A stretch of DNA of 64,000 nucleotides, taken from positions 124,001 through 188,000 of the forward strand of contig JAAOMT010000494.1 of NCBI GenBank assembly GCA_016748015.1. Direction: 5' to 3'. The stretch is from Geosiphon pyriformis uo1. Taxonomy: Eukaryota; Fungi; Glomeromycota. Both the position numbers and the translations under genes were made by a program. The stretch's first letter is position 1. Each line of letters begins with the position of its first letter. The notes under the pieces were generated by a model, which was not told where the DNA came from, ran no database searches, and saw only the letters and a program-made list of their open reading frames with translations. Below, piece after piece: positions 1 through 11,800 of this stretch.

Positions 1-45
1 GATTCTCGAAGGGTATAGATAACATTTTAAACTTCAAATTCTTAG

Positions 46-1890
46 GGGCGACCAGGTTGGCACATTGAATGTTCGGCGATGGCAAGGCAAGCATCTCAGT
101 TATAATTTCTCAAGTATGCCGGTGAAAAACAGCAATTTCAATTTGTAACTATATATTGTTTTCCATTTCGTACAATAATAATATTTTTCAAATTTTGAAT
201 ACAGTGAAGTTCTTGGTGAAAACATGGATATTCATTCGGGGGGCATTGATTTAGCCTTCCCTCATCATGATAATGAATTGGCTCAATCTGAGGTATATAC
301 GGGTTATTTCTTGTTTAGTATAACATTTAAATTAAATTTGATATATATTAATGTATTATGTTCCTCAAGGCATGTCATGATTGTAAACAATGGGTCAATT
401 ATTTTATTCACGCCGGCCATTTACAAGTAGAAGGTCAAAAGATGAGTAAATCCCTAAAGAATTTTATTACAATCAAGGCAAGTAGAGGATGTATTATCCT
501 AAACGCGTTTCACGTTTCAATTATGCAGTTTCTCGTTAATGATCATAATTATCAATAGGAAGCCTTAAAGAAGTATACACCTCGGCAAATTCGTTTATCT
601 TTCCTCCTTCACCAATGGAATTCCAAATTAGATTTCAAAGAAACTAGCATGGGGGAAGCAAAAAATATTGAGACCATTATAAACGTTTGTATACTGTTCC
701 TTAGACATAATTTTTTGTTTCAGCGTAACTTTGGTTGATTTTCAATAATCTTCCTTAGAATTTCTTTGTGAATACAAAAGCTCTTGTTAGAGAACATAAA
801 CCTCACGCCTTCGATTCAGATGGAATGCATCGGTATAGAGCAAGCGAAAAAGAAATCATCAAAATGTAAGTTAGGGTAAATTAAATAAATTTTCAATCCA
901 CAAACCTTTCTAATAATTCTCTTGGATTATTTCTTTAGCTTTCTTGAGAAACAGTCTGCTGTGCATGTCGCACTTTGTGACTCGTTTAATACACCTACAG
1001 CCATGTCTGAAATTATGGAACTTATCAACAAAACAAATACTTATTTATCTGGTGGACGAGGGTACATTAATATAAATGTAGTAGCGAAAGTTGCTAAATA
1101 CGTCAGCGAAATGATGCGTATATTTGGGGTTGCAGAAGATCTTACCGGGCAGGATATTGGATTTGTGACATCGGAGAAGCAAGCCGTCACAGACGTAAGT
1201 GTTAATTTCAGGCAGAATTTAAGAATATCTATTTAGGCTTTGATAAATCAAACACTTGTTTTTTTTAATTAGAAGGAAGATATTGCGATGCCTTATCTTC
1301 GTGTACTTTCTACTTTTCGAGATAATATTCGGGAATTAGAAATACAGAAAAAAAGTCACTCAGACATCTTGGTTTTATGCGATAAATTGAGAGACGTAGA
1401 TTTGGTCGAATTAGGTGTATCCTTGGAAGATCGTGAAGATGGTAAAGCGTTAGTTAAATTAGTTAATAAAGAAGAGTTAATACAAGCACGAGAAGCCAAA
1501 TTGAATGCGCAATTAGAAAAAGAGGCTCGAAAAAAAGCAGCAGCCAAAGCCAGAGAAGAAGAAAAGAGAGCACGTTTAGAAAAAGGTAGGGTTCCTGCCG
1601 AAGAAATCTTTAAAAACATGAGAGATGAAAATGGGGGCATTTTATATCCAATTTTGGATGAAGAGGTAAGCAGCGGTTTTTAATATTTCTAAAATCTATC
1701 TAATATACTAAATCCGTGATTTCTATAGGGGATTCCAACACATGACGCTTTTGGCCAAGAGTTACCTAAGGCACGTTTAAAAAAGCTAAAAAAAGAATGG
1801 GAGGCACAACATAAGCTGCATTCCGAATACTTGGCTTGGGTGAAGCAACAGGAACATCCAGAATCATGTGGAAACGCATCCTCAAATTGA
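46..1890 (+). CDS. CARS1: Cysteinyl-tRNA synthetase (class I), 3' part; 5' end lies upstream of the window. Exons approx 46-86, 205-292, 370-477, 559-684, 759-865, 939-1194, 1273-1665, 1729-1890
   Basis: Spliced translation gives [41 protein letters not shown], the DSFNTP (DALR-like) region, [18 protein letters not shown] and a [13 protein letters not shown]-terminus. Splice sites keep frame; stop TGA at 1888-1890. Confidence 0.96.
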
Positions 1891-3037
1891 TATCTTGTAA
1901 AAGCCGATCTGGTAACCAACCAACTTATAAAGGGGGCTTTCTAATGAAAATTTATCATTTTGTGGGAAAATCAAGGTTTTTATGTTTGTTGTGAAAACTA
2001 TCATCTAGAAATTTTGTTGATAGATTGATCATACTGGTTACTACGTCAAGGTTTCAATACTATTTGAAGATTCCGCAAATATCAATAATTTCACCCAAAT
2101 TATTTAAACAGAGAAAAACTTAAAATGTTTAGGCCATTTAGCAAAGTATCAAATCAATAGGAACATGACTCAAATGATGAAAGCCTAAACTTCCAAAAGA
2201 GGATCTAATAGGATATATTTGAAATTTATTAATAACAATTACCTATGTAGTAAAATCGATTTTTTCGACCGTTAAATATCGACATTATAAATTTAGCTAA
2301 AATTGAATTGATCGCTCATTTTTCATATAAAAGTGTTTGATTAAAAGTTTTTTATCAATTTAAATTTTTAAAGGATAGCCATTTTAACTCTTCAAAATTT
2401 TCCAATTGAAACTTCCGATAACAAAACAAAGTCGCTCAAATCTAGAAACAAAGAGTTGACACTTTTAGTCGGATCTCGGATATTTGGACAAAATCCTGGA
2501 TCTTTTAAATGAGAAATGGGTAATATTTAAAGTTGACCTTGCACTTCTACACTTCAATAAAAAAATAACGCGATGAGATTGATCAAGATCCAAAAGGGGT
2601 ATTTTTATCGAACGAGGATCATCACTATTTTTTCCGGAAAGGAATAAACTTTATCAAAAGCAAGATACCGAATCAGGCAAATCTTTATAACCCGCAGGTT
2701 TCAAACTGGAATATGATCTCATATAAATAAAAAACACGGATTCTAAACCTTTTCCGTTGATTTATCCTCTCACATTTTTATGATGGGATCTCCATTTATG
2801 ATTATTCCTTCCCGTTCGAGGATACATTATTTTTTTAAAGATTCATTCAATATACTCATTCCTGGGTATTTTACTCTCATTTTAGTGTTTCTCTATCTAC
2901 CATGATATAAATTTGTCAACTTAATATATTCTAGTTAGAATCTGTCTCTTTGCATAGCTGGCAGCATATCAGTATCAAACAGGAAGTTGCAAAAATCTTG
3001 ATAAAATAAATTCTCGCGTCAAACTTTACCTTGAAGC

Positions 3038-5236
3038 ATGCCTGGTCCTCTTAGCGTCTGGTGGATAAAAGCTCACCTTTTAGTACTTTCATTTGTATGG
3101 ACGTTGAGCTGTTTTACCATATTGGCTCCTGCCCAAGAGATTGTAACTACGACCATCACTGACAATAACAAGACTTATACATTTTTGATTACAAAAACAA
3201 AAACAAACACATTCTTGCAGACACCTTCACCGACGAACATTCATAGTTTGGATTCTGCTGATAGTGTGAAAATTCATACTTTAGATTCTACTGGTAGTGG
3301 CACATTATATGTACTTGGTACGCTTACTAGCTTTGCAAATATAATTGGATGTTCTGCTATAATTTGGATGACATACCGTACCAGTAGAAAACGTTTGGAG
3401 CCCTTATCCCCTTCTCAACGATTTCCTTTATATATGGCGTTATTGGATTTATCGATAGGAATCATTATAATGCCAAATCTACTTTACGCGATGGTTAACG
3501 ACCATTTATTGCCGGGTTTGTGGTGCACTGGGTTCGGATTCACAACTTCTACGTTATTATCAATGAATATGATGTTGATGGCTATTATTGCCATTGTCAC
3601 ATATTTCCGAGTGTGTAGAGGCCAGATTATTGATTTGGGTACAAAAGATTGGATTCTGTTTGCTATTATTATAGTTTTTAGTTTGTTTGTCTCTAGTGTC
3701 TCTCAGATTTTACATGGATTTGGCCCGGATACTTTTTGGTAAATTTATGATATAAATTTAAATTTTTTTAAGATATCAATTGGGACGATTGGTTACTAAG
3801 CCGATTATTTTACTTACAGGTGTTTCACGAAAGGTGGGGCTTCGGGGAGTCAAATTAATCTTATATTGATGGTCACTTTTGCTTATCTTGTTACAGTAAT
3901 CACGACATTTTCTTATTTGATGGTGATTAAACGCATAAATCGTGTCGAAGCGATCCTTACTACTGGTGCCTATAAACGCACCATTAAAACACAGAGAAAG
4001 TCGCCAAGTAGCCTTTATTATTCATCACCGAATCTCGAAAGTAAAGAGCGCTGGGAACATTTTACCTCTTCAAATAGGTCTTTCACTCCAAATTCAAGTT
4101 ATTTGGAGGAAGAGGCTGCTAATTTTGGTTCATTTTTGACTCCCCACGCTTCATATATGTCGCCCCCCCATAATCAAAACAATCCATCAACCAACCCTTC
4201 ACCTTATTCTTCTATCAATCAAAATCCTGGTCCATTCTCGCCTGATGGATTAGCACTTGGTCCACCTGATTCTTTTTTAAGTGTAGATTCTACAAAATTC
4301 CCAACACCATCTCAACAACGAATTGCCGCTTCAATAACACGAGCCACTCGACGAATGTCTTCTTATATTTTCTTGCAGCTAGTACAATATACACCTACTA
4401 TCATATACAGTTTATGTTTATTAGTTAACCATAACCGCGCATGGGTCTACATACTGACCATTGGATTTCTGAACCTCGGCGGCGTGGCGAAAGCAATTTC
4501 CTTTATTCGTTATGAAAATAATAAAAGAAGGCCTAATACTGTACTTAATACCGCCTATAAATCTCCAAAACTGGATCAGCCTGGTAACACGGGTAATTCT
4601 CGTATCCCAAATCTTAGATCAGAATCACTTCGACAGCAATCACGTACTGGGTCCTCCCCCCATCAAAATCTCCAATACCCCAAAGCACCAACACCAATAC
4701 CATCCAGTCAAAAAGTGTATTTGGATCATGTCTCCACTCTGAATGAATCATCAATAAATAGTGGGTCTACTCGACCAGCCATTGAAAATGAACGCTTATT
4801 TGGAAATAAACTTATTGGCGATTCAAAATTGCGGTACCATTCTCCAAATGAAATTTCTACTAGAAATTTCCTTTCATCATCAAATAATCTAAGAGGACCA
4901 CCACCCAATCTGACTATTAAAATTCCGTTAAATAAACCGATCAGTAACACCATCCAATTTCGGTACACTATCGATTCTAGTCCCATTCCCAATAGTACAT
5001 TTGACGAGAATACAGATTATGATTCCTCATTGATTAGTACTCCTTTTCTAGACGCAACTAATCCCAATAGTCCAATTGGGGAAAGTATGCCATCGCCAAA
5101 ATCCGAGCCCCCGCAACGATCGCGTGATGATAATTTATTAAATCCTCTAAATACACAAAGTGATTCTAGTACTTTATCGACAAAGTTGCATGAGAACATT
5201 TCTGAAGAACCAGATAATGGAGTTGGCAATCGTTAA
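3038..5236 (+). CDS. 7-transmembrane G-protein-coupled receptor-like protein (fungal Git3/Gpr1 or cAMP-receptor-like); exons 3038-3738, 3820-5236
   Basis: Signal-peptide-like N-terminus and 7 hydrophobic helices. Motifs RFPLY, a Cys at the start of TM3, FGPDTFWC in ECL2 (joined across a GT-AG intron) and NLGG in TM7. Long Ser/Pro-rich third intracellular loop and C-tail. Confidence 0.82.
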
Positions 5237-5646
5237 TATTAGAATTAGGAAAGGCTTGATTTTTGGTTAGAAAATTGATAAATTAAATGCGACCAAAATA
5301 CTGTTTGTAAAATATCAAAAGCTTTGAGGTACTGGCAGGCACATGTGGGAAGTGGGGATGGGGTTGATTATATTTGGTTTGTAGACAATCCATGAATTGG
5401 TAATCATCATAAGCTCGCATGCTCAAGACATTTGAGAATACGCACAAAATTCATATATCTTCACAACTTTAATTTTTTTTCTTTTAATTGAAAAAATAAA
5501 TTTAATGTGGTAATTTAATTTATTAAAACATTACCATCTGGAATTAATGAGAAAAACGAAATTCCTGATTTTGTGGCCGAAAACACTTTTCAATCTTCCG
5601 GAGACTTTGATCCTTTCAGAACAACTTTGATTGTTGATTAATAAAA

Positions 5647-6081
5647 CTATTTAGACGAGAAAATTTCCTCACGGTCTTCGGGACCTAGCACGCGATTGGC
5701 AGCAATGAATCTATTATTTCAAAAATGAAGGAATACAAGATAATTAATTTCTTGGAAATTACACATAATAAGATGATACACTCACAAAGCACCCTGAGCA
5801 ATCCCAAAGTTTTGAATCATTCGTAGCTGCTCAGCAGTTGTTTCGACGTGTCGTTCCAGCTTGGCCATATTATTTTGAAGACGTTCCAGCTGAAAGTTGA
5901 GCGCAGCATAATGTCGCTGCTTGGTAATGGCATAGTGACTATTATAGAAGTTAAAGCCGCCCCCACGTATGGTTTGCTGGTTGATTTGTGATGTCGTAGG
6001 GTTGTTGAGGGAAGCAGGATTTTGGGATTGTCGTTGATAAGGCTGTGTACGGTTTGTTAAGGGGTATTGCGTTTGCTCCAT
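5647..6081 (-). CDS. HSK3: DASH/Dam1 kinetochore complex subunit Hsk3-like; exons 6081-5786, 5710-5647
   Basis: KQRHYAALNFQLERLQNNMAKLERHVETTAEQLRMIQNFGIAQGAL joined by a GT-AG intron to FIAANRVL matches the Hsk3 pattern (coiled coil then G..HG.LFMAA..VL). Confidence 0.8.
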
Positions 6082-6915
6082 AGTTGACTTTATAGAATTA
6101 AAGCTGTGGAAGAATCACGCAAAATTGAACGAAGACAAAAAATATCTCAGACAATTATATTTTAAATCATTTAATTTGAAATCGCGACTGTGAACTACGC
6201 GTAAAAATGGCTAATGGGCAATGTTTATTAAATTACACAAGCTGTTTGGAATTATTGAACAAAATAAGTATTAATTAATTACATAATATACTTAATACTA
6301 GTTTTATTAATTCCAGCTATAGCTTAATTTGAATAATAGCAGCAATAATATATTTATTAAGATAATATTTGGTTTAATGTAGTTTTTTAAACAAATTATG
6401 TTTTAACATGTACTTTTTTATTCAAATACCATATAATTCTACTTATTTTAAAAAGTTGAACTAATGTTTAAAACTAAAATAATATTTGAAATTATTGCAT
6501 TCTCTAATATTATATTTGATAATTAAAAAATTATTACTAGCTGTTAGTATATGGCTTTTGTTTTAATAATATTATACAATAATATAATAAAACAAAAAAA
6601 AAGAAAAATTGGCAATAAAAACATTTATATATTTTAATAATTTATTTAAGTAATTAAGTAATTAAGAAATATTAGTAAAAACACAAAATATCTAAAATTG
6701 ACAATAATAAATAAATTAGCAAACTCATATAATTAGCATAAAAAATACTAAAATATTTAATATTTTAAAATAATTAGTAATTACACTAAAAATAACTATG
6801 TAATTATAAGACCATGACAAGAGCGAAAATTTTATCAAAGTTTTAATTAGTTTTTTTTTCCTTCCTCCTTGTTTCTTTTCTAATTATTTTTTCTAACTTT
6901 CCTTCTTTTGTTACT

Positions 6916-8853
6916 ATGGATCCAGTGAGTGCTTCTGCTGGTGGTTCTAGTGCTGGTTTGGCTGGATTGAGAATCTGGTCTAGCAGTAAAAAAAAAGCTC
7001 ATGTGAATAGTATGTACTCTCGTGATCCGTCATTTAAGAAGCCAAAGATGCCTGTAGCTGGTGAAGTGGTTGATTCATCTGCTGGCCCTCTAAGCTTAAA
7101 AAATATTGGTGGTGCCAGTATTAACCCTGTGGTGTCCTGGGGCAGCAAAGTAGGCAGTGTTTTTAGCAGTGTGAGCAGTCTCTCGGATGTCGAAAATATG
7201 GAGAACATGGTCACCGAAGAAACCAGTTATGCTGAATCTGGCAAGGACAACAATATGGATGAAGTGACGCCAAAAAAGATTTGCACATGAATGTACGTGC
7301 TGGGCAACCCTCTAAAAAAACCTTTATTCGAACATATAAGTAATGACGATACTAAGTTGGTGCTCCCGGCACCTAAATTTGTTGGATTCAATCAGCTGCT
7401 GTCTGCCAAGTCATGTGTTCTGGAAAAATGGTGCTTCGAACCAGTAAAATTATTTGCTTTGGATGTGGAATTGTCTGTTGTGCCTGGAAAAACCAATAGT
7501 GATAAGTTGATCTCAGTTAAAAAAAATTTTTATCAAATTGATGGTTTTGGGGGAGCTTCTATTCTCTCAAAATTTCCTGGGATCATCAGATCTTTCTTCA
7601 TATCTGAATTGAGTTTAAAAAAGGCTAGGGAATTGGCAATTTATGAGAAAATTATGGTGAATGATGATGTTAGATAGATAAACAAACTTTCAGATCGGGT
7701 AATTGTTGTCAAAAAGATTCCAGTCAATTTTCTTAAATTGGCTGTAGAATCTGTTTTTTTTAAGTTTGGAAAGATTGTGTCAATTAAGATACACTTGATT
7801 GGTTTATGGCAAAAAGCTTTTATGAAGTTTGAGTTATTCAAAGTAGCTGATTTGGTTATAGCTAGATGGTCTGTTCTTATGAGAAAAAATTCTGTTTGTA
7901 TAATAAAAGCTGTTGATGATAAACAATCATGGGTTTTCAGAGATCTGTATCGGACATTGCTTTATACTTTTCCAGTTGGTATTATGGCTCATGATTTTTC
8001 TGATTTGTTGAAATCATATGGTAGAAAAACTTGTTTCATTGGTCATAATCCTAGTTCATATGTGTGTAATAGATGTGCAATTGTGTGTTTTGTTGACGAG
8101 GCATCCAAATTGGCTGCTATTGGTTCTACTCTGGTGTTTAAGAGTGTGAATTTGCATTGGGCTAGCCTTTTTTTGGCCTATTGTGCTTATTGTAAACAGT
8201 TTGGTCATATCTCTTCGAAATGTTTATTGGGTGAGAATTCTGGTGTTTGTGGTAAGCAGATGGTAACTCTTTAAGATTGGGTCTGTTTGGCCAATATATA
8301 TAAAAAGAAGCAGGTGCCAATCATTTGCCAGTGAAAAAACTTGGGCCCAAATTGCTGGTAGTTCTTTTTCTTGTGTGGCTTCATCAGATCTTTTTGGTAC
8401 TGATTCATTTTTAGGTACAAAACCTGTCTTATTGGTTTCTAATTCTCTTGATGATTCCTGTTTGGTTGATTGATTGGCCTCTCTAAAATGTTTTTTGGAG
8501 CTCTTAACAGATCAGGTTTCGGTTATTATAAAAAATTAAGCTTTGTGGAATTGGTGTCTCTGGCATCCAAGTCTCATGTTTTTTCTCCAATTGTCCTTGT
8601 ACCTGTTACATCTAATTTGAACTCGGAAATGGTCTTGAATGATACTCTGATGTCTTTTCTTTCCTCTCTTTTGGTTGTTGTTGCAGACTCAATTGCTAAC
8701 TTTAGTTCAAGTAGGTCTAAAGTTTTGACCACCAAGGTGGGTGGTTTAGAATCTAAGATGGTGGCTTTGAAGGTGTCAGTTGAATCTGTTTTGGAAAGAT
8801 TGGATTGTTTGTGCTCTGGCTTGGGTTTATCAACTTTTTTTACTTCCCAATGA
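6916..8853 (+). pseudogene. LINE ORF1 (gag-like; RRM-like region, CCHC zinc knuckle), interrupted by stops
   Basis: ORF fragments at 6916, 7291, 7738 and 8470 share a frame. CAYCKQFGHISSKC fits CX2CX4HX4C; C-terminal coiled-coil-like LTTKVGGLESKMVAL. Confidence 0.85.
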
Positions 8854-11800
8854 GTAATTTTATATGGAAATTTGCAACATGTAATGTTTGAAGTATTAAT
8901 GTTCCTGCCAAACAGAAGGACATTATTCATTGGCATAGAAATTCTGGGAATTTGGTTTTGATTATTACAAAGACAAAGCTGAGGTTTAGCAACAGGCCTT
9001 GAATTAGGGATAAATTTGATGATGTCAAAGTTTTTTTGTTTGGGTTGGACAAGGGTTTTTTTGGTGCTGAAGTTGCAATCATTGTAAACACTTCTCTAGC
9101 TCATCATGTTTGTAAGGTTTTTGAGATGTCTGGTTGCCTTCTTTTAGTCAAGCTGTTATTCAAAAATAAGCTTTCTGTGTTAATTTTGGGGTTTTATGCT
9201 GGGATGTCTCTGGCTGTTTATTTCTCTCAGACTAATGATATCAATTTTATGATAGCAAAGATGGTTAATGAATCTTTGTTTGTGGTTTTGGGTGGTGACT
9301 TCAATGAAGATGGCTCCTGAAAATGTGCTAGTTTCAAAAAGTGTTTAGATCTTGGTTTGATCAATTCTTTGGGTGGAAGTTCTTATGTCAAAATGTCTAC
9401 ATGAGCTAACTTTTGGGGCATGGCTAAGACTATTGATTTCTTGTTTGTTTCTTTGAACTTGGTTAATGCTGTGCTGGATCACAAGGTGTCTGATGTTGGT
9501 GAATTTTTTGATATTGACCATCATGCTGTTTTTATGTCTGTGAGTTTGGGTGAACTTTTGAATATGCAGTTGAATTTTTTTTGCAAGCAAGTAAATAGAG
9601 ATTGGTGGAAGTTTGATTTCAAAGATGCTAATAAAAATAAATAGAACAATTTCAAAGGTGCTATGTCAGCTAATGTTGCAATGTTCTTAGATAAGTTTGC
9701 CACCTCTGCAAGATTTTCGGATTTGGATGCAATATAAGATGTTATTTGCAAAATAATGGTTCTTTCAGCCAATAAAGTGTTTAAGAAGAAATAGTTCAAG
9801 AGCTTTGATAATGTTTTCACCAAGAAATCTTCAAGGTTTCACAAGTTGGAGCTCTTGGTTTCTAGAATTGTCAAAGTTTCACATGAGAAAAGTATTGTAA
9901 ATTTTGATTCTCTTATGAGATGCTGGATTTCTTTGAACAATGTTAAGGCTTCAGTTATTTAGGATGTTGTGAACTTTAGTGCTGGCTCTGATCATGTTCA
10001 TTTTGCTCTTTTTGGTGCTAGGAAGTCTTATCATACTGTTAAGCTTGCTGAATCTCTGAGGACTAAGGAGGCAAACATTAGATCTACTATAGATAGGAGA
10101 ATAGAAAGCTTTGAGACAAATAAAAGTCATACTATTAGGAATGTTTTGGAGCATCTCTTCCACAAAGTGGTTCTGGACCACTTGGTTGTTAAGGATAAGC
10201 TTATTTTGGAGCCCAAGTCAGTTAAGTTTAAGGTGGATATTATTATAAAAAAATGGGCCAGAAAGCATGGTATGGTTATTGATGTCTCTAATATTTGGTC
10301 TTATCAATATCAGCCATTAAATTATGTTTTTGATGAGGCTTTTTCTGGTGTAATGCATTCAGTTGAATATAGTAAGCTGTTTGATGTGATTTCCGATCTG
10401 TCTGATGACAAAACTGCTGGTCTTTTAGGTATTACAAACAAGCTTTGGAAACATTATAACAAGTTAATTCTAAATATGCTTTTGGTGCTTTTGAACTCTT
10501 GTCTTTCTTGTGAATTGGTGCCCAGATCTTGGAAGAAGGCTTGGGTTTTGATAATTCCTAAACCATATAAGTGGGAGAGTGTTTTCACAAATACCTACTC
10601 TATTGCTTTGATCAAAATGGCTTGTAAGATCCTTTCCAAGATACTTTCTGATAAAATTTCTTTGACATACAGTACTTTTGATGTTCTTTGCAGGAACAAT
10701 TTTTTGGTTTTGAAAAATACAATGACTCAGTCTCCTATTTTTGCAATTGGATTAGTGGTTAAAGATGTGTTGGAAAAGAATTGGGAGCTCTGGCTGGTTT
10801 TGCAGAATATGTGGAAAGCATACAATTTAGTCGGTTGGAAACATCTCAAGAAAAGTTTGGTCAGAATCAAGATATACAGCAGGTTCATTTGGTTTTTTGG
10901 TGGTATTCATAAGAATTGTACCAATAGGGTAATGACAAACTTTGAGTTGATAGATAGTTATCATGTACATAATAGTTTGGATCAAGGGGAGGTTTTTTCT
11001 CCTCTTCTGTGGCATATATTTTACAATCTTTTACTATGCAAAGTCAAGAGACAAGAAAGCATGTGTGGTTATAAATTAAGTTCTCATTTTATTTCAAGGA
11101 ATGGTCATGCTGAGTTCCGGGCTGGGCTCTCATTTTTTTTTGCTGCTGGTGCTTTCATGGATGATACAATTTGGGTTGATAGTAATCAGATAGCTACTTA
11201 ACATATTCTCGACATTGCAAGTGAATTTTTTTAGATAAATGATATTTTTATTAATAATGACAAAACAGTGGTCATCTCTATTAATAGCAGAATCAGCACT
11301 CCTTCTCTTTCTATCAGTGGCTTGCCAATCTCCATTGCCAAAAGGGGTGAATTTCATCAATATTTGGGTATTTTTCTTTCAACTGAAGATTTTTCAAAGT
11401 CTAATTTGGTGAAGGCAAATTTGGATGTTTGTTTTTTTACCAATCTGGTCCTAAAAAAAGCTGTCTCAGATAAGCAGTTCTTATATTTAGTATTAGCAGT
11501 TCTTTATCTTATAGTTGGTTATAGAACACAGTTCAGCTTTGTTTCTATTGATATATGCAACAAATAGGATGCTTTGATTTGTAAGGGCTTAAAGTTTAAA
11601 TCTGGTTTACCTCTCAATTTTCCTAGTAATACAATTCATTACTCTTCCTTTTATGGTTTGAAGTCTTTCTTTCAAGTTCAGTCTAAGAGCAAGGTGGTTT
11701 TTCTTGTTAGTTTTGCAAACTCAGGTGGCATTTTGGGTCATTTGTTCTTTTACAAGTCTCATGACTTGCAGATTCTGTGCTGGTGCTCTGTGTATTCATT

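Noticed and set aside
1356-1919. Antisense ORFs over CysRS, and similar shadow ORFs over the GPCR, LINEs and lipase
   Set aside because: Opposite-strand or off-frame shadows of real coding sequence with no independent motifs.
6810-6835. TGACAAGAGCGAAA at the LINE 5' end as a minimal hammerhead ribozyme core
   Set aside because: Lacks the exact CUGANGA box, and no stems I/III or cleavage triplet could be built.
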